From the NCBI GenBank assembly GCA_039208735.1, contig JBCCQY010000038.1, positions 1-64,000 on the forward strand: a DNA stretch of 64,000 nt. Direction: 5' to 3'. Position numbers and translations under genes: made by a program. Shown in pieces: positions 50,857-61,138 of this stretch. How positions within the stretch are numbered: the stretch's first letter is position 1; every line of letters begins with the position of its first letter. The notes beneath the pieces are model-generated. The model worked only from the letters and a program-made list of their open reading frames with translations. It had not been told where the DNA came from and did not search any database. This DNA is from Myxococcota bacterium (GTDB lineage Bacteria; Myxococcota_A; UBA796; GCA-2862545).

Positions 50857-51465
50857 TCAACCCAACCACCGTGTGGTTGGCCGAACGGGTCCCTCGTGGC
50901 CCGTAGATCGACGAATGGCTGCGACCAACGCTTCCCATACATCGGTCGCATGGGCAGGTCCTGACGTGATCCGGCCGAAGCTCGCTTGACCAACCGCCCG
51001 GGCCAATCCGCCAACCGTTGACGCAACGGGTTGCTCGGCCCGGTGAAGTAAAATCGGAATGCCCAACCAAGCAAGCATCCCTGGCCACCCGACCATGAGG
51101 GGCGCTGTTGCGCACACTCCCAACAACATGAACCGCCACAGGGGCAACGGACCGGTCGGAAACCGAAGGCCCGTTCGCGCCGCCATGGTCCGTCGCCAGC
51201 GCCCGTACCCTTCGGGTCCTACAATCGAGCGCAGGGCAACGTCAGGAGTGAATCCGGGGCGGTCGACCACCGCTCGCATGCGAAAGAACGCGGCGGCGGT
51301 GCTGCAATGGCGCGGTCCCACAGGGCGCTCGGCGAGCCGATACAAATCGCCCACCGTCGGGGACTGCGCGAGGTCCTCGGCCGTAAGCGAGATGCCGAAG
51401 GTCGCCTCGATCTCTTGGATGAGTTCCACTTCGTCGCCGTCGCCCGCAAGTCCCAGGTCATTCAT
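50857..51465 (-). CDS. Hypothetical protein with acyl-carrier-like N-terminal domain and TM hairpin
   Basis: DEVELIQEIEATFGISL...TVGDL; ATGA overlap with oxoprolinase stop, GGAGGG RBS. Confidence 0.65.
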   Translation of the reverse strand: MNDLGLAGDGDEVELIQEIEATFGISLTAEDLAQSPTVGDLYRLAERPVGPRHCSTAAAFFRMRAVVDRPGFTPDVALRSIVGPEGYGRWRRTMAARTGLRFPTGPLPLWRFMLLGVCATAPLMVGWPGMLAWLGIPILLHRAEQPVASTVGGLARAVGQASFGRITSGPAHATDVWEALVAAIRRSTGHEGPVRPTTRWLG

Positions 51466-54400
51466 CGCCACCCTCCGCCGCCAGGGGTGACGATGCGTAC
51501 CCGATCTCCCGGTTCCAGATCCACGGCGGACCCGTCCCAGGGCGTGGTGGGTTGGCCCTGTCGAATGAGCTGGTCCGCTCCTGGTGCGGCTGCGTGTCCG
51601 CCGCCTACCGAAGGGGCGCCCCGGTCCCGTCGGCTCGCCAGCAGCGCCGCGGTGGCTGGCGTCAGTACCTCGATCTCCCGTACGAGGCCCTCTCCACCGG
51701 GGTGGGCCCCCTCCCCGCCGCTGCCCCGACGCAACGCAAACCGTCGCAACCGAACCGGAACCCGTTGCTCCAGCACCTCGGGATCCGTCGCGCGGGTGTT
51801 GGTCATGTGGAGCTGCCGACCCGAGGGTCCGGCACGTCGCGCGGTGGCGCCTTGTCCCCCGCCCACCGTTTCGTACAGCGACCAAACCGCCGCTCCCCGA
51901 GATCCAAGGGTGACATTGGACATCGTCCCTGCCGAAGGAGCAGCAAAGCGCGCGGCTGTGAGCACGAGATCCACGAGCCGTTGACTGGTCTCTACATTGC
52001 CTCCCGCCACCGCCGCGCCGGCTGGTGCATCCAGGATCGAAGCGGGATTGGTGAGGATGTTGACCCGTCGCAGGACCCCCTCATTCAGAGGGATCTCACT
52101 GCCTGCGAGCACGCGCAACGCAAACAGCACGGCCGCACGCACGACCGCCGACGGTGCGTTCAGATTGCCTGCGTGCACCCCGTGGGAGTCCCGGAAGTCC
52201 ATGGTCATCGCTTTCGAGGCCCGGTCGACGGACAACGTGAGGGCCAGTCGGCAGCCGTCCAGCTCGTCGCTCGCTTGGCCATCGTGCAAGTTCGGCAGAA
52301 GGTTTTCGATGGTTTCGGCGGCCGCATCCTTCAAGTGGGCCATCCAAGCGGCGATCTGGTCCCCGGAACCCAGGTCTTTCAACCGGTGCGCCGCCATCGA
52401 ATTGGCGGCGATTTGTGCTTGAAGGTCGGCCAACACGGTGTCGGGCTGACGAGCGCCCACCAGATGGTCCCGCACCCCATCGTCGAACCGGTCGCCATCG
52501 AGCAACGGCAGATGTCGAAGTACGAAGCCTTCTTCTGCGAGGGTCTGGGAGGACGGTGGCATCGATCCGGGGGTCCGTCCCCCCACGTCCACATGGTGAC
52601 CGCGGTTCGCGACAAAGAACCGTCGACCGTCCAGCATCACAGGATGAATCACGGTGAGATCGGGAAGGTGCGATCCTCCCGCCTGAGGATCGTTGCACAC
52701 GTAGTGCTGTTCGGGATCGGGATCGGGCACGCGAGCGAGTAGATCTCGGACGGTCATGCCCATGGCGCCGAGGTGCACGGGGATGTGCGGCGCGTTGGCC
52801 ACCAGTTCGCCTGCCTCATCGAAGACCGCGCATGAAAAGTCTCGACGTTCCCGAATGTTGACGGAGCGCGCAGTCCGTTCGAGAACGGCCCCCGCTTCGC
52901 TCGCGACGGCCATGAAACGAGCCCCCCAGAGCGCGACCCCGTAGGGCGTTCGGGTGGTTTCGAAGCGATGTTCCGAGCGTTCGGGGATCGCGGATTGGAG
53001 CATCAGCAAGCCGTGTTCAACCGTGGCTTGCCAGCCCTCGGGCACCCAGACGGACGTGGTCGGACTGTCGAGCCGACATGGACCGGTCACTACGCGGTCG
53101 CCAAGACCGAAGGGATCGGTTGGCAAGGCAGGCATGTTCGGTGCGGCGGCGAGGCGGGTCAGGCGAACGTCAACGATCTCGATGGGGTAGTCGCGATCGA
53201 AGCCGTAGCGCCTTTGGTGGGCGGCTCTAAACTGCTGTCGTGCTGCCTTGGCCGTCGAGGCAATGACCTCGATCGCATGGTCGGTGCCTTGGTGCCGTAA
53301 GGTGAGTGAAGCGAGGGTCTCATCGAGGTCGGGGAGCGAATCACCGAGCGTTTGCCAGGTGGTTTCGACGTCACCCCAGTGCCCTTCCAATGGGCGCCAC
53401 AGGGCCCGGGTGGCCGTCTCGGAACGACGCGCCAGGGCTTGACCCCACGCCGAGAGCACCGAAGCACAGGGATGCACGAGGACGGTCCGGATCTGAAGCG
53501 ATTCCGCCACCGCGGCGGCATGCTGGCCGGCCGCCCCGCCAAACGCAACCAAGGCGTGGTCACGAAGGTCGACGCCGCGTCGCGCGGCGAGGCGTCGAAT
53601 GGCCGCGGCCATGGCATCACGTGCAACCGTGACGAACGCTTCGGCGGAGCCGGGCAGGTCGATGACGTTCGGGTCGAGAGGTGGATCGAAGGCGTCGATG
53701 TCGACGAGGCCGAGCGCCACCGCTGCGTCGGTCACCGTCGGAGGGCCGCCTCGGCCGTAGCACTGCGGTCCGGGGTCGGCGCCTGCGCTTTGGGGGCCCA
53801 CAAATAGCTGTACGCCGTCGTTGGTGAGAATCGAGCCGCCACCCGCGGCAATGGTGTCGATCTCGAGGGTGGGGCGTCGCAACCGTACGCCGCCCACGAC
53901 GACATCGGTTTCTCGACGAGGCAGCGCGCGGCCCGACACCAGGCACACATCGGTGCTGGTGCCGCCCATGTCGAGTCCCACCACATGGTCGAAGCCCGCG
54001 AGCTGTGCCGTAGCGGCCACTGCGACGACGCCCCCGGCGGGCCCTGAAAGCACGGCGTCAGGGGCCCGCAGGTGCTGAGCTTCGACCAACCCCCCGTCCG
54101 ACCGCATCGCGAGTGTCCCTGGAGGGACCTTGTCTTTGGTGCGTGCGCGGTCGAGCACCGGTGTGATGGCAGCGTCGACAAGCGTGGTTTCGATGCGGGC
54201 GAGGTACCCCACTTCAGGCGAGACGGCGTGGCCCACACTCACGAACAGCTCCGGGTGGCTACGCCGGACGAAGTTGGCCACGGCTCGTTCATGGATGGGA
54301 TTGCGCGCACCGTGAAGCAACACCACGGCGACGGCCTCGATGCCCTCCCAGTCGATGGCGTCCGGAAGCACCAGCGGCTCCAGTTCCGTTCCGTCTGGGG

Positions 54401-54746
54401 TGAGTCGGCCTCGTACCTCGACCACTCGTGTGCATAGGGGGGCGGGCCACCGCTCCTCGACGGCGAACAAGTCCGGGCGTGTCATGTCCCGAATCCTCGG
54501 CAGATCGGCGAACCCCTCGGTGACGAAGAGCAGCGTGGAGACACCGTTTCGCTCAAGGAGCGCGTTCGTCGCGACCGTGGTGCCATAGGTGAGGGCGCCC
54601 TCCGCGAGCTCACCAATCACCGCAACGTCCGATCGAACCTTTGCAACATGGGTTTGGCCATGGGCATCGATCTTCACGACGTCGGTGAAGGTGCCTCCGC
54701 GATCAATGCAGGTCCGTTCGATTGGGGTGCGGGGCGGGGTCGGCAA
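51462..54746 (-). CDS. Fused hydantoinase A/B - 5-oxoprolinase (ATP-hydrolysing)
   Basis: [85 protein letters not shown]. Confidence 0.9.
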   Translation of the reverse strand: MPTPPRTPIERTCIDRGGTFTDVVKIDAHGQTHVAKVRSDVAVIGELAEGALTYGTTVATNALLERNGVSTLLFVTEGFADLPRIRDMTRPDLFAVEERWPAPLCTRVVEVRGRLTPDGTELEPLVLPDAIDWEGIEAVAVVLLHGARNPIHERAVANFVRRSHPELFVSVGHAVSPEVGYLARIETTLVDAAITPVLDRARTKDKVPPGTLAMRSDGGLVEAQHLRAPDAVLSGPAGGVVAVAATAQLAGFDHVVGLDMGGTSTDVCLVSGRALPRRETDVVVGGVRLRRPTLEIDTIAAGGGSILTNDGVQLFVGPQSAGADPGPQCYGRGGPPTVTDAAVALGLVDIDAFDPPLDPNVIDLPGSAEAFVTVARDAMAAAIRRLAARRGVDLRDHALVAFGGAAGQHAAAVAESLQIRTVLVHPCASVLSAWGQALARRSETATRALWRPLEGHWGDVETTWQTLGDSLPDLDETLASLTLRHQGTDHAIEVIASTAKAARQQFRAAHQRRYGFDRDYPIEIVDVRLTRLAAAPNMPALPTDPFGLGDRVVTGPCRLDSPTTSVWVPEGWQATVEHGLLMLQSAIPERSEHRFETTRTPYGVALWGARFMAVASEAGAVLERTARSVNIRERRDFSCAVFDEAGELVANAPHIPVHLGAMGMTVRDLLARVPDPDPEQHYVCNDPQAGGSHLPDLTVIHPVMLDGRRFFVANRGHHVDVGGRTPGSMPPSSQTLAEEGFVLRHLPLLDGDRFDDGVRDHLVGARQPDTVLADLQAQIAANSMAAHRLKDLGSGDQIAAWMAHLKDAAAETIENLLPNLHDGQASDELDGCRLALTLSVDRASKAMTMDFRDSHGVHAGNLNAPSAVVRAAVLFALRVLAGSEIPLNEGVLRRVNILTNPASILDAPAGAAVAGGNVETSQRLVDLVLTAARFAAPSAGTMSNVTLGSRGAAVWSLYETVGGGQGATARRAGPSGRQLHMTNTRATDPEVLEQRVPVRLRRFALRRGSGGEGAHPGGEGLVREIEVLTPATAALLASRRDRGAPSVGGGHAAAPGADQLIRQGQPTTPWDGSAVDLEPGDRVRIVTPGGGGWR

Positions 54747-54779
54747 GGCTACCTCGATTCAAGCACGGAGATTCATGCC

Positions 54780-55355
54780 TTGGCTCGCATATTGCTCGGC
54801 GTCACGGGTGGCATTGCTGCCTTCAAAGCGGTCCTCGTCCTTCGGGAGCTGATGCAGCGCGGCCACGAGGTCAAAGTCGTGCTCACCGAGGCGGCCCAGC
54901 ACTTTGTGGGACCGATCACCTTTGGAGCGCTCACCGGTGATGCACCGGTCACGAACCTATGGGATGCCCGTTACAACGGCGAAATCCACGTGGAGTTGGC
55001 CGACTGGGCGGAGGCCATGGTCATCGTTCCCGCCACGGCCAACACCATGGCGAAGGTGGTTCATGGGCTGGCGGACGACGCCTTGCTCGCCACCTGGCTC
55101 TGCTTTGATCAGGTTCGCGTGATGGCGCCCGCCATGCATCATCGCATGTGGGCCCAAGCTTCGACGCAGCGCAACGTGGCTCAGTTACTGGCCGATGGGG
55201 TGATCTTGGCGGGCCCGGTGGTGGGCCGACTCGCCAACGGCGCCGAAGGCAACGGACGGATGCTTGAGCCCGTTGAAATCGTGGACGTCGTCGAAGCCTG
55301 TCTCAACCCGACTCCCGCGGTTCGCCCTCCCGCCGGCGAAGTCTGGCCGTCGTAG
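54780..55355 (+). CDS. Stand-alone CoaC-like flavoprotein (phosphopantothenoylcysteine decarboxylase domain)
   Basis: LGVTGGIAAFK, HVELA.WA, PATAN, GLADD, APAMH..MW, G.GRM.EP; no CoaB domain follows; GGAG RBS before TTG 54780. Confidence 0.75.
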   Translation: MARILLGVTGGIAAFKAVLVLRELMQRGHEVKVVLTEAAQHFVGPITFGALTGDAPVTNLWDARYNGEIHVELADWAEAMVIVPATANTMAKVVHGLADDALLATWLCFDQVRVMAPAMHHRMWAQASTQRNVAQLLADGVILAGPVVGRLANGAEGNGRMLEPVEIVDVVEACLNPTPAVRPPAGEVWPS

Positions 55356-55359
55356 CGGT

Positions 55360-56316
55360 CTATCCCCGTTCGACATCGCGATACCAGCGGATGAACCGGT
55401 CTAAACCGGTTCGAAGGTCCATGCGCGGCCGAAAGGCCGTGAGCCGCTCGAGTTCGTCGGTGCCGGCCCAAGAGTCGACCACTTCGCTGGGCGGCCGCGC
55501 GACGGCCTGGGTGATCGCTTTGCGCTCGAGAAGGCGCTCGAGTTCCGCCACCAACGTATCGAGCGACACCGGGACACCTCGCCCCACATTCACGGTGTGC
55601 GCACCTTCGAGGTCGCGCGCCAACAAACGAACGACGGCTTCCACGGCATCGTCGATGTAGGTGAGGTCACGGGTCATCCGGCCATGGTTGCGTAGTTGCA
55701 ACGGCTCCGATCGGAGGATCTGCTCCGTGAACCGGTAGACCGCCATGTCGGGTCGTCCAAACGGGCCGTAGACATTGAAGAACCGCACGGCAACCACCGG
55801 CAAGTCGTGCTGCGCAGCGTAGCTCATGGCGAGCGCTTCGTTCGCCACCTTGGTGGCGGCATACAGCGACTGCGGCGGTGCGAGAGGTAAGGTTGTGGTG
55901 AGAGGCGGGGTCTGCGGCCCGTAGACCGATGAGGAGGAGGCGAAGAGCAGCGGGACGTCTCGCACCCGGCACGCTTCGAGCACGTTGGTGAATCCAACGA
56001 GGTTGGCGCGGAGGTAGCGTTCCGGTTCGCGCGCCGAGGCGAGTACGCTTGGATGGGCGGCCAGGTGGACCACGCGATCGAGGGGACCCGATGGGTTTAG
56101 GGCGTCGTCTAGCTCGGTGGCTTCTGCCACATCGGCCCGCACAAAGGTGAAGCCCGTGCGACCGATCAATCGATCGCGACGTCGCTCCTTGTGGTGGACC
56201 GGGTAGAAAGCGTTGAGGTCGTCGATCCCGAGGACCGAATAGCCCTCGTCGAGGAGGCGTGCGGCGAGGTGGTAGCCGATGAAGCCGGCCGCGCCGGTGA
56301 TCACGATGTGGGCCAT
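55360..56316 (-). CDS. NAD-dependent epimerase/dehydratase (UDP-glucuronate 4-epimerase-like)
   Basis: TGAAGFIG, ASSSSVYG, YAATK, RFFNVYGP.GRPDMA, RD.TYIDD. Confidence 0.85.
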   Translation of the reverse strand: MAHIVITGAAGFIGYHLAARLLDEGYSVLGIDDLNAFYPVHHKERRRDRLIGRTGFTFVRADVAEATELDDALNPSGPLDRVVHLAAHPSVLASAREPERYLRANLVGFTNVLEACRVRDVPLLFASSSSVYGPQTPPLTTTLPLAPPQSLYAATKVANEALAMSYAAQHDLPVVAVRFFNVYGPFGRPDMAVYRFTEQILRSEPLQLRNHGRMTRDLTYIDDAVEAVVRLLARDLEGAHTVNVGRGVPVSLDTLVAELERLLERKAITQAVARPPSEVVDSWAGTDELERLTAFRPRMDLRTGLDRFIRWYRDVERG

Positions 56317-56348
56317 GCCCCAACCTTACGCGCCCTTCGGATGCCGAC

Positions 56349-57254
56349 ATGCTGATCTGGCTGATGACGTTGCTTTCGTGCGATTGGCTTGCTTACCGTC
56401 CCACCGCCCCACCCGCCCCACCGCCTGCTCCCGCTGGGCCTCTCATCGTCACCGCGGTCGACGGGAGCGCACAGTCGCTTCCGGATCCTGAACGCATCGT
56501 GATCGTTGAGGCGATTCGGTCGCTCGATTGGTGCGTGTACTGTGTCGCCCAGATGCGGGCATGGCAGGAGGCGATGCCCCAGGTCCACGCCATGGGCGCG
56601 CGCCTGGTGGTGCTTTCGCCCGATGAGCCCGAGTTGCTCAAGCGCATGGTGGCCAAGCGTGGACTGTCGGACGTGATGGTCGTTCCGGCCACGCCCGAGC
56701 TGTTCGAGCGGCTCGACATTCCGATGGACCGCAACCGGCCAGAGCTGCCTCAGCCGACGACCCTGGTTCTGGATCCGGCGGCGGGGGAGCGGGTCCGAAT
56801 CTCGGATGCCAATTTTCGGACGCGGGCCGACCCGACGGCGACGCTGGAGACCCTGACCCAAGGACGGGCGTCCAAGACGACCCCTTCGCCGGACTGGGAT
56901 GGTGCGGCCACATTGGCCCTGGTCCGGGACGGCGATGTTTTGGCGCTCGAGGCCGTGCTTTCGGACGGCTTTCACCTCTACGGCGCCAACGAGACCACCA
57001 GCATTCCGGTAGCGTTGCGCCTGGATGATGGAACCGAAGCCGAGGTGCCACCCGGCACCCGCACTGAACGCGGGGGGCTCGTGTCTTGGCTCCTCGAAGG
57101 GGCGATTCGCATCACGGTTCCTGCGCCTCGCGAGGAAGAAGTGTCGGGTCGTGTGAGCTGGCAGCTCTGCAACGATCAGAGCTGTTCTGCACCCCGTGAC
57201 GAAGCGTTCGTGCTCGCGCCCGAGGCGGGTCGGATCATTCGGCCCGCGGACTGA
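56349..57254 (+). CDS. Redoxin (AhpC/TSA-like) lipoprotein fused to a DsbD-N-like domain
   Basis: LLSC lipobox-like, WCVYC, LSPD, PQPTT; C-terminal GFHLY...WQLCNDQSCSAP. Confidence 0.65.
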   Translation: MLIWLMTLLSCDWLAYRPTAPPAPPPAPAGPLIVTAVDGSAQSLPDPERIVIVEAIRSLDWCVYCVAQMRAWQEAMPQVHAMGARLVVLSPDEPELLKRMVAKRGLSDVMVVPATPELFERLDIPMDRNRPELPQPTTLVLDPAAGERVRISDANFRTRADPTATLETLTQGRASKTTPSPDWDGAATLALVRDGDVLALEAVLSDGFHLYGANETTSIPVALRLDDGTEAEVPPGTRTERGGLVSWLLEGAIRITVPAPREEEVSGRVSWQLCNDQSCSAPRDEAFVLAPEAGRIIRPAD

Positions 57255-58026
57255 CGATCAAGGTCTGGGCGCTTCGCCCACACGATCCCTGCATGTCGCG
57301 GATCAGGGATTCGGACAAGCCCACGCCGTGGGGCCGTGCTGTCGATCGGATGTCGAAGCCCACCCATTCGCCCTTGGGCATGCGGTCGAGCATGACCGTG
57401 AGATCGGGGTTGGCGAAGGCATACTGCAGCGGGTCAACCGGCACGCCCATGCCGCTTTGCGCGTCGGCCGCCAAGACCGTGTGCTCGATGGCGGTCAGGG
57501 AGCGTCCAGCCACAAGGGGCACCCGCGGTCGCGTCCACACCCGCAATGGCGTGGACCCCCAGGTTCCCCCCACGATTCGGAGTTCGACGGCTTTGTTGTA
57601 AGCGACGTCGTGTTGAAAGAAATCCAAGACCGTGGGCTCGACACTGTCGGGCGCCGGCCACGGAGGAATCGGCGGTTCGGCGTCAGGACCGTCGGTCCGT
57701 GTGCGTACGCGCAGTCCCTGCGCTTCGAGCACGACGCGATCCTCGTGAAGAAGGGAGGCCCGAAGCCGTTGGGTGGTGCGGCCGAGGTGGATGGGTTCGA
57801 CCGCGATGGAGAGTCGGTCGATGGGGACCCCCCGGCGAAAGTCGATGTTGAGCCGCGTCAATACGAACGCGTCGTCGCCTTCAGGGTAGTCCGCGAGGGC
57901 CTGTGCGAGCAGTGCGGAGGGCGGTCCGCCGTGTTGGAGTCGAGTGTCCCAGGGGCCTCGGGTCAACGGGGTGGCCATGAATGCGGTACCGTCGGGTTCG
58001 TAGAACCCTGCGAATCCTTCAACCAT
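57235..58026 (-). CDS. Double hot-dog thioesterase family protein
   Basis: TRGPW....HGGPP, LAAD, N.DLTV...R.P.GEW, G.G.... Confidence 0.75.
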   Translation of the reverse strand: MVEGFAGFYEPDGTAFMATPLTRGPWDTRLQHGGPPSALLAQALADYPEGDDAFVLTRLNIDFRRGVPIDRLSIAVEPIHLGRTTQRLRASLLHEDRVVLEAQGLRVRTRTDGPDAEPPIPPWPAPDSVEPTVLDFFQHDVAYNKAVELRIVGGTWGSTPLRVWTRPRVPLVAGRSLTAIEHTVLAADAQSGMGVPVDPLQYAFANPDLTVMLDRMPKGEWVGFDIRSTARPHGVGLSESLIRDMQGSCGRSAQTLIVSPRAE

Positions 58027-58861
58027 GGGTTTGACGTTGCGCTTTTAGCGCGGCCTTCCGACGTCGACCCTGGGCTTCGAGACGAGGCTTCAAGAGTCGG
58101 CGTAGCCCGGGGAACAAGTAGGCCACGGTCCCGAGCGCGCCGCCGACGCGGGGCCACTGGCGCTCGCGTTGACCATCGCGCGCGCTCGTGAGGACCATGT
58201 CTGCCACATGCTCGGCGGTACAGACGGGCTGGCTGAAGGTGATGTCCGACACCTCGTCGATGTCGTCCATGATGAAGCCCGTGTCGATGGGTCCAGGGCT
58301 CACCACCGAAACCGAGATGCGGTCACCGCGCAGCTCCTCCGCCAGGGCAAAGCTGAATGCGCGAAGGCCAAACTTCGTGGCCGAATACGTCGCTGAGCCG
58401 TCCAGAGGTACGGTGCCCGCAAGGCTGGCGAGCTGCACCACGAATGACTTCGGCCCGGTCGTGCCCGCCGTTGCACGCAAATGCGGAAGAGCGAGGGTGG
58501 TAATCGCGATGGGCGCCCGGAGGTTGACGTCGACCATCGTGGCCAGTTCTTGGGCCTTCCGGGTTTCGACGAGTCCTCGATGGTGCAACCCGGCATTGTT
58601 CACGATGCCGTCCAGACCTCCAAATCGGGCCACCGTGTCATCGAGCGCCTTCGCCATGGCGTCGAGGTCCGACACATCGGCGGCCACGGTCATGACACGC
58701 TCGGGGTCTCCCAAGGCTTGGGCCGCTTCTTCGAGGGGGCCGCTGCGTCGGGCCAGCAAGACCACGTTTGCGCCTTCGCGATGAAACGCCTCGGCTCACG
58801 CCTTGCCGACGCCAAGGGACGCTCCCGTGATGAAGACCGTCCTTCCTTCGAAGCCCGCCAC
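58019..58861 (-). pseudogene. Short-chain dehydrogenase/reductase with in-frame TGA at 58796-58798
   Basis: Upstream of the track ORF the same frame reads VAGFEGRTVFITGASLGVGKA*AEAFHREGANVVLLARR; NNAG, S and YSATK intact; GGAGGT RBS before GTG 58861. Confidence 0.75.
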
Positions 58862-58989
58862 CGCCACCTCCGGACGGCGTCGTAACCTGCCGCAAGGCCC
58901 CTCTTGATTGGCTCGGTCATGCACCGTACGCTCCCCTCATGAGCGTGATCGACATCCTGGTTTCTTTCTTTTCGCAGACGGCCTAGCGC

Positions 58990-60948
58990 ATGTCGGAACT
59001 CGTGCAGGCCATCGAATTGTGGCGGCAATCCCGCCACCCTGATCTGCCGCATGTGATTCGGTCGCTCGCAAAGAAGGAGGGACCGACTCCTGAACCGAAG
59101 GCGCCAAGCCAGAGGCAAGGTCGAGGTGTGACGCGGGTTGTGCAAGCGGAGTGGATCGCAAAGGCGGTTGCGGTCACTCCCGAAGGGCTGGGACGGCTTC
59201 TTGCAACCACCACCGACGGTTACGCGCCCCACGCCGTGGCTCGCTTGCGGGCGCTCATGGAACACGGGCCCGATCCCCGAATCGCGGACGCTGCGATGAA
59301 CTGGTGCCTCCAGCACGTCTACGTGAGTCGACCCCGGACCGATCCCTGGTGGGTGGCGATTCGTGAGGTGCTTACCCAATGGCTTCCTCACGACTTTTCC
59401 TTTGCTGATTTCGCGGCAGAAGTATGGAAGCCGGGTTCACACGAAACCGTCAATGTCGTGCGTCTGGCGCGGTGGTTGGCCAGGCTCACATCCACCGCCC
59501 CTGCACCTAAAACCCTTGATGAAGTGCAGCAGGCCCGGCTTGACGCTTGGTTGGTGGCCCACCCGTTGCCGGTCAGGCCGCCAAAACGTACGGCGCTTCT
59601 GCCAATCGAGCGCCTGACACCACTCTTGGATGCGGTTTACGACGATCCAGACGCGGAGGCCCCACGACGGGTCCTGCTCGATCGGTTGACCGAAGCGGGA
59701 GACCCTTGGGGGCGGTTTTTGGGGCTTCAGCTCGAGAAGGCGGCCCAAGGAACGCCGGACGCGGTGGTGGATAGCGAACGCCGAGACGAGACCGAAGAGG
59801 CGCAGCTCCTGGAGGAACATGGTGCTCGCTGGTCGGGCCGCTCGTTTCACAACATCGTCCGGGCCTATTATGAGCGAGGCTTCCCGGTGAAGGCCGAGCT
59901 TCACCAACGGTGGTCCGATCTTCCAAAAGCATTCGAAGAGCCTGGGTTCGCTACGGTCCGAGAGCTGGCCTTGTTGGACCCGGATGCGAAGGTTCCACAC
60001 AAGGCGTGGCTTTCACTGCTTCGAAGCAAACGAGCCCAACACTTGCGCACTCTCATTGACCTTCCGGTGCGGGTGCTTGCGCACCTTCCTACGTTTGCGG
60101 CGGTGCCTGACTGCGTCGCCTTTCACCTGGATGCCGGTGCGGTACCCAAGGGACTGGCCCAAGCCCTGGCCTCGGTTCATCGGCTCGAAATTGTACTGGC
60201 TGACGGTCCAGTCGATCGCTTGCGGTCCTTTGCGGTCTCAGAACTGCAGGTCCGATTCAGCAGCGAGCGCTACCCGCTGGCCCAAGTGTTGGCCAATGTG
60301 TCGCCGACCGTAACGCGGTTTGTGGCCGTGGATTCTGACGTTCAGCTCCTATTTGTACGCGATGGGGAGGGCGTGCTTCGGCCAACGCTGATCCCGGACC
60401 CCAAACAGGCCCAGGCTGCAGTGCCGCTCACGTGGCTTGCGGAAATGGACACGCAGCATCTGTCTTCGATCGACCGTCGCGTGCGGTACGTCCTGCGCGA
60501 CGAGAATCCGGAGTCATTGCGTCTGCTCGAGACCCTCCCTCCGGGGCCTCTGCACGTGTCTTACGCGGGGTTTGTCGACGATCCCGCCGCGCTCATCGCC
60601 GCGATGCCCGAACTCCCCGAGCTATCGCTCGATCATATCGAAGACTTGGTGTGGCTTCCGCTCGTTGAGGACGCACCCCAGCTGCAGCAAGTCCGATGTA
60701 CGGGGAACGGCGATTGGCTTGTCCTCGAACGTGGGAGTCACGGACGCTTCGCCATTGCCCACGTGGGGGGGCCGGCGTCGAACGCTCGCTCCGGCCCACG
60801 CCAATGGCTTGATGTGCTGTGGCACAGATTAGCGCGCGTTCAGGTCGATCGAGCCTCCCTTGCTCGCGGGTCATGGTTCCGCGATTCGCCATCGCCCGAT
60901 GGGCCCGAGATCGTGGATGCGCCATTTCCGATGTGGCCCCCATCTTGA
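58990..60948 (+). CDS. Hypothetical protein with internal TIGR02996-like domain
   Basis: LLDAVYDDPDAEAPRRVLLDRLTEAGDPWGRFLGLQ followed by YERGFP and LRR-like segments; N-terminal DPRIA motif. Confidence 0.6.
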   Translation: MSELVQAIELWRQSRHPDLPHVIRSLAKKEGPTPEPKAPSQRQGRGVTRVVQAEWIAKAVAVTPEGLGRLLATTTDGYAPHAVARLRALMEHGPDPRIADAAMNWCLQHVYVSRPRTDPWWVAIREVLTQWLPHDFSFADFAAEVWKPGSHETVNVVRLARWLARLTSTAPAPKTLDEVQQARLDAWLVAHPLPVRPPKRTALLPIERLTPLLDAVYDDPDAEAPRRVLLDRLTEAGDPWGRFLGLQLEKAAQGTPDAVVDSERRDETEEAQLLEEHGARWSGRSFHNIVRAYYERGFPVKAELHQRWSDLPKAFEEPGFATVRELALLDPDAKVPHKAWLSLLRSKRAQHLRTLIDLPVRVLAHLPTFAAVPDCVAFHLDAGAVPKGLAQALASVHRLEIVLADGPVDRLRSFAVSELQVRFSSERYPLAQVLANVSPTVTRFVAVDSDVQLLFVRDGEGVLRPTLIPDPKQAQAAVPLTWLAEMDTQHLSSIDRRVRYVLRDENPESLRLLETLPPGPLHVSYAGFVDDPAALIAAMPELPELSLDHIEDLVWLPLVEDAPQLQQVRCTGNGDWLVLERGSHGRFAIAHVGGPASNARSGPRQWLDVLWHRLARVQVDRASLARGSWFRDSPSPDGPEIVDAPFPMWPPS

Positions 60949-61138
60949 GGCAGTCCAGGTCGTCGGTACCGGAAGCTGAAGGTGACTCGAATTCACCAAG
61001 CAGAGGGGCTACACCGCCGTACCTCCACGACGCGAGGACCGTACGATCTGCCTCGTCTTTGCGTGACTGTCCAATCGGCTGTGCCGTCGTGCGATAGACA
61101 TCCTCTTCCCGAGGGCCATAGGGTCCGATGGGGGGCGT

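Noticed and set aside
30976..60957. TTGAGGCAGTCC at the ends of both the DUF885 and TIGR02996-like genes
   Set aside because: Only two short copies 30 kb apart with no further similarity or structure; compatible with chance
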